Shown piece after piece: positions 40,558 to 43,927 of a stretch of DNA of 43,927 bases; the stretch's first letter is position 1; each line of letters begins with the position of its first letter. The position numbers were made by a program, and so were the translations under genes. Below the pieces are notes generated by a model. That model saw only the letters and a program-made list of their open reading frames with translations. It did not search any database and was not told where the DNA came from. Origin of the DNA: Flavobacteriales bacterium (GTDB lineage Bacteria > Bacteroidota > Bacteroidia > Flavobacteriales_F > PHOS-HE28); NCBI GenBank assembly GCA_019638075.1, contig JAHBUM010000003.1, forward strand, positions 1 through 43,927, read 5' to 3'.

Positions 40558-41619
40558 CTACCGCTCCCTCTCCCGTTTCTGCGGCTGCAAGGGATCGGCC
40601 CCGATGGTCTTGTACTCCTCGCGGTTGCGGTGGATGTCGCAGGCCATCCATACCGCGGCGCGGAAGCTGCCTTCGCTGGCCACGCCCTGCCCGGCGATGT
40701 CGAGGCCGGTGCCGTGGTCGGGGCTGGTGCGCACGATGGGCAGGCCGGCCGTGAAGTTGACGCCGTGGCCGAAGCTGAGCGCCTTGAAGGGCGCAAGGCC
40801 TTGGTCGTGGTACATGGCGAGCACGCCATCGAAGTGCTTGTAGCTGCCGTTGCCGAAGAAGCCGTCGGCGGCATAAGGTCCCATGGCGTTGATCCCTTCG
40901 TCGTTCAGGCGGCGCACGGCCGGGACGATGCGCTCCTTGTCCTCGCTGCCCAGTGCGCCGCCATCGCCGGCGTGCGGGTTGAGGCCGAGGATGGCGATGC
41001 GCGGCGATACGATGCCGAAGTCGCGCAGCAGGCTCTGGTGCAGCAGTCGCGCCTTGGCGATGATCCGGTCGGTGGTGATGGCGTTCGCCACATCCTTGAT
41101 GGGGATGTGGCCTGTGACGGTGCCCACGCGCAGCCCATCGCCCACGAGCAGCATCAGCACCTCGCCATCGCCGCCCGCGAGGTGTTGCAGGTATTCGGTG
41201 TGGCCCGGATGGGCGAAGCCCGCCTGCTGCATGGCGTGCTTGTCGATCGGAGCGGTCACCAGCACGTCGATCTTGGCGCTGCCGAGGTCCTGTGCGGCGG
41301 CCTCCAGACTTTTGATCGCATAGGCCGCGAGCGGCCCTGAGTGCTTGCCGAACTCCACAGCCACGTCCTCCTCCCACACGTTCACCACGTTGAATTTGCG
41401 GGCCACGGCATCGCGCGCATCGTTCACGCGCTGGAACTGCACATCATCCAGTTTCAGCGCCTTGCGGTGATGGCTCACCGTGTGCGCGCTGGCGTAGAGG
41501 ATGGGCGTGATGTCCGTGTGCATGCGGGCATCCTCGAAGCATTTCAGCACCACTTCGATGCCGATGCCGTTGAGGTCGCCGCAGGTGATGCCGATGCGGA
41601 GGGGATTACGGGGTTCCAA
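40558..41619 (-). CDS. pdxA: 4-hydroxythreonine-4-phosphate dehydrogenase
   Basis: GITCGDLNGIG, VTAPIDK, GHTEYL, GLNPHAGD, AMYHDQGL and RTSPDHGT; TTG start. Confidence 0.96.
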   Translation of the reverse strand: MEPRNPLRIGITCGDLNGIGIEVVLKCFEDARMHTDITPILYASAHTVSHHRKALKLDDVQFQRVNDARDAVARKFNVVNVWEEDVAVEFGKHSGPLAAYAIKSLEAAAQDLGSAKIDVLVTAPIDKHAMQQAGFAHPGHTEYLQHLAGGDGEVLMLLVGDGLRVGTVTGHIPIKDVANAITTDRIIAKARLLHQSLLRDFGIVSPRIAILGLNPHAGDGGALGSEDKERIVPAVRRLNDEGINAMGPYAADGFFGNGSYKHFDGVLAMYHDQGLAPFKALSFGHGVNFTAGLPIVRTSPDHGTGLDIAGQGVASEGSFRAAVWMACDIHRNREEYKTIGADPLQPQKRERER

Positions 41620-41629
41620 GGTTGGGTGA

Positions 41630-41720
41630 GGGGGCGAAGGGGGAAGGAAGAAAGGAGGAAGGAAAAAGAGGAAAGAAGGACGGCGAAGGAGGAAGGAAGA
41701 AGAGTAAAGAAAGAAGAGCG
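41630..41720. repeat. Polypurine / polypyrimidine tract of degenerate 7-bp units
   Basis: GAAGGAA GAAAGGA GGAAGGA ... GAAGGAG GAAGGAA GAAGAGT AAAGAAA GAAGAGC between pepA and pdxA. Confidence 0.75.
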
Positions 41721-41721
41721 A

Positions 41722-43155
41722 TCAGCGCGTTGCGCGTTGTTTGATGAATTCGTAGAAGAGGCGTACGCCCACGCCGGTGCCGCCCTTGGTACGGTAGCCA
41801 TCGCGGCGGGTCAGGAAAGCGGGGCCAGCGATGTCCAGATGGATGTACGGGTGCGTGGTGAAGCGCGCGAGGAACTTCCCGGCGGTCTGTGCGCCGCCGA
41901 GGTCGCTGCCGAGGTTCTTGATGTCGGCCACGTCGCTGATGATCTCCTCGCCGTACTCGTCCCAGAAGGGCAGGCGGGCGGTGCGCTCGAACACGGTGTT
42001 ACCGGCGGTTTCGAGCTGCTGGAACTCGGTGTCGGGCGCGGTGCCCATCACGGCGGTGCCGTAGGTGCCGATGGCGCGCATGGCGGCTCCGGTGAGGGTG
42101 GCGATGCTCATCACCAGCTCGGGCTTGTAGCGTTCGCCGTAGCTGAGGGCATCGGCGAGGATCAGGCGGCCTTCGGCATCGGTGTTCAGCACTTCCACGG
42201 TGAGGCCGCTGTGCATGCGGATGACATCGCCGGGTGTGTAGGCGTTGCCGCCGGGGCGGTTGTCCGTGGCGGGGATCAGGCCGATCACATGCACGGGCAG
42301 CTCCTGCTTGGCGACGAGCGCGATGGCGCAGGCCACCGCAGCGGCACCGGCCATGTCGCACTTCATCTGGTCCATGCTGTTGGGCGTGGGTTTCAGGCTG
42401 AGGCCGCCCGTGTCGTACACCACGCCCTTGCCCACCAGCACCAAGGGTTTCTTGTTCACGGCGCTCTTCGGCTTCCATTCCAGCACGCTGAAAGTGGGCG
42501 GATCAAGGCTGCCCTTGTTCACGGCCAGCAGGCCACCCATGCCCTGCGCTTCGATGCGGGCCTTCTCCATCACCTCCACCTTGAAGCCCGCGCTCTTGGC
42601 CAGCGTGCGGATCTCGGCGGCCAGTTGCGTGGCGTTGAGGAAGCTCACCGGCTCGTTCACAAGGTCGCGGGCGGTGCAGGTGGCTTCTGCGATGTCCTCC
42701 AATTCCTCCACCTCCTTGGCGCTCACCTCCTTGGCTATGATGGTCAGCTTTTCCATCGTGGGCGCGCCTTTCTCGTCGCTCTTGTACTTGCGGAAGGCGT
42801 AGTTGCCAAGTGCGGCACCTTCTGCGAGCGCGAGGGTGAGGGTGCCATCGTCCTGCAAACTGATGAGCTGTGCCTCGATGCGCTTGGCGCTGTTGAGGCG
42901 GCCGATCATGAGGTCACCGGCGCGGCGGGCCTTTTCCAGTTGAACGTGCGTGGCGGCCTCCTTCACGAGGTGGACCAGCACCAAGCGCCCGCTTACATCG
43001 CATACCGCCAGTTGCGGGTCGGCGTTGAGCTGTTCGGTAAGGTATTGCCGGTCGCCTCGCTCCAGATCGAGGGCGCGCAACTGGCCGATGTCGCTGAGGA
43101 TGACGAGGGAATCGCGCGCAGCGGCCGGGCGCGTGCTCTTCGAGAGGGTGATCAT
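41722..43155 (-). CDS. pepA: Leucyl aminopeptidase (peptidase M17)
   Basis: VGKGVVYDTGGLSLK, MKCDMAGAA, NTDAEGRLILAD, ATLTGA and HLDIAG; TATCTTCG at 43176-43183 upstream. Confidence 0.95.
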   Translation of the reverse strand: MITLSKSTRPAAARDSLVILSDIGQLRALDLERGDRQYLTEQLNADPQLAVCDVSGRLVLVHLVKEAATHVQLEKARRAGDLMIGRLNSAKRIEAQLISLQDDGTLTLALAEGAALGNYAFRKYKSDEKGAPTMEKLTIIAKEVSAKEVEELEDIAEATCTARDLVNEPVSFLNATQLAAEIRTLAKSAGFKVEVMEKARIEAQGMGGLLAVNKGSLDPPTFSVLEWKPKSAVNKKPLVLVGKGVVYDTGGLSLKPTPNSMDQMKCDMAGAAAVACAIALVAKQELPVHVIGLIPATDNRPGGNAYTPGDVIRMHSGLTVEVLNTDAEGRLILADALSYGERYKPELVMSIATLTGAAMRAIGTYGTAVMGTAPDTEFQQLETAGNTVFERTARLPFWDEYGEEIISDVADIKNLGSDLGGAQTAGKFLARFTTHPYIHLDIAGPAFLTRRDGYRTKGGTGVGVRLFYEFIKQRATR

Positions 43156-43191
43156 CGCTTGTGGAATGGAAGGGCCGAAGATAGCCGTACA

Positions 43192-43260
43192 AGGACAGGA
43201 GCAGGGGCAGTTGGCAGGGGCAAGAGCAAGAGCATTGCCCCTGCGCCTGCCAACTGTCCC
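43192..43260. repeat. Hexamer-unit hairpin in the divergent pepA promoter region
   Basis: GGAGCA / GGGGCA / AGAGCA units and complement; 43230-43251 is an exact inverted copy of 25484-25505. Confidence 0.8.
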
Positions 43261-43358
43261 CGCCTTTCCCGAAGGCCAGGCACGAGGAACGGAGGGGATC
43301 CATCGCGCTGCGGTGACGAAAGCCCCGGCCGGATCGCCGTACTTTGTACGGCTTTCGG

Positions 43359-43927
43359 ATGCTTCGACTGAGAACCCTCCTTTTCCTCGTCGGCCTGTGC
43401 TGGAGTGCCATGGCTTGGGCCACGCACAACCGCGCGGGCGAGATCATCGTGTGCCACTTGGAGGGGCTGACGTACCAGATCACGGTGATCACGCACACCA
43501 AACTGAGCGCACCGGCCGACAGGCCCGAACTGCGGATCAACTATGGTGACGGGTCGGACTGGGATACTATTCCCCGCACACGGGTAGAGAATTTTCAGTC
43601 ACAGGATCTGCGCCGCAACGAGTATGTGACCACCTACACGTTCAGCGGACCGGGGGAGTTCCTGATCCAGATCGACGACCAGAACCGGAACGGTGGCGTG
43701 ATCAACGTGCCGAACTCCATCGCCCAATCCTTCAGCGTGCAGACCATGCTGCGGATATCGCCGCTCACCGGCCAGAACTGCTCCGCCAGCTTCCTCAATT
43801 CGCCCATTCAGGATGCGTGCATCGGCCAGCCTGGGATACACAACCCGGCGGCCTACGACCCTGATGGGGATAGCCTTTCCTACGAACCGGCCGTGTGCCT
43901 GGGCCTGAACGGCCGACCCATTCCGGG
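43359..43927 (+). CDS. Secreted protein of the gliding-motility / T9SS type B substrate class (partial, runs off the window)
   Basis: Absent from the ORF track (no stop). Reads MLRLRTLLFLVGLCWSAMAWATHNRAGEI...DQNRNGGVINVPNS...HNPAAYDPDGDSLSY; TACTTTG 12 nt upstream. Confidence 0.85.
   Translation, partial: MLRLRTLLFLVGLCWSAMAWATHNRAGEIIVCHLEGLTYQITVITHTKLSAPADRPELRINYGDGSDWDTIPRTRVENFQSQDLRRNEYVTTYTFSGPGEFLIQIDDQNRNGGVINVPNSIAQSFSVQTMLRISPLTGQNCSASFLNSPIQDACIGQPGIHNPAAYDPDGDSLSYEPAVCLGLNGRPIP

Noticed and set aside
40558-41619. Functional clustering of pdxA with dxs (DXP-dependent vitamin B6 route)
   Set aside because: They are about 39 kb apart in unrelated operons, and no pdxJ is in the window.

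Overview
This window is high-GC Bacteroidota DNA, most consistent with a Flavobacteriales-type organism (TAnnTTTG -7 promoters, no Shine-Dalgarno sites, exbB-exbD-exbD-tonB-pstS-TPR and ileS-dksA-lspA clusters, T9SS-type surface proteins). In order it holds: a 3'-truncated dxs; a full nuoA-N complex I operon with a short NuoG; an interrupted DUF433 antitoxin; two amino-acid/dicarboxylate transporters; the Ton/Exb-PstS-TPR operon; a pirin with a Tat-like leader; an MBOAT plus SGNH-like pair; a DUF6922/AbiEii type IV toxin-antitoxin pair; an uncharacterised secreted protein; ileS (type 2, GIHH motif); a DksA/TraR-family protein with an H1-like tail; lspA; a hypothetical protein; asd; a lamin-tail-domain surface protein; pdxA; pepA; and the start of another T9SS-type protein. 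No rRNA, tRNA, CRISPR array or transposase was seen. The main unexplained signal is a dispersed set of long hairpins built from degenerate periodic units (mostly 7 bp, also 6, 8 and about 9 bp) in many gene junctions. Two are nested, and one is read in frame as part of a lipoprotein signal peptide. All calls come from reading sequence and motifs by eye; no database searches were run.
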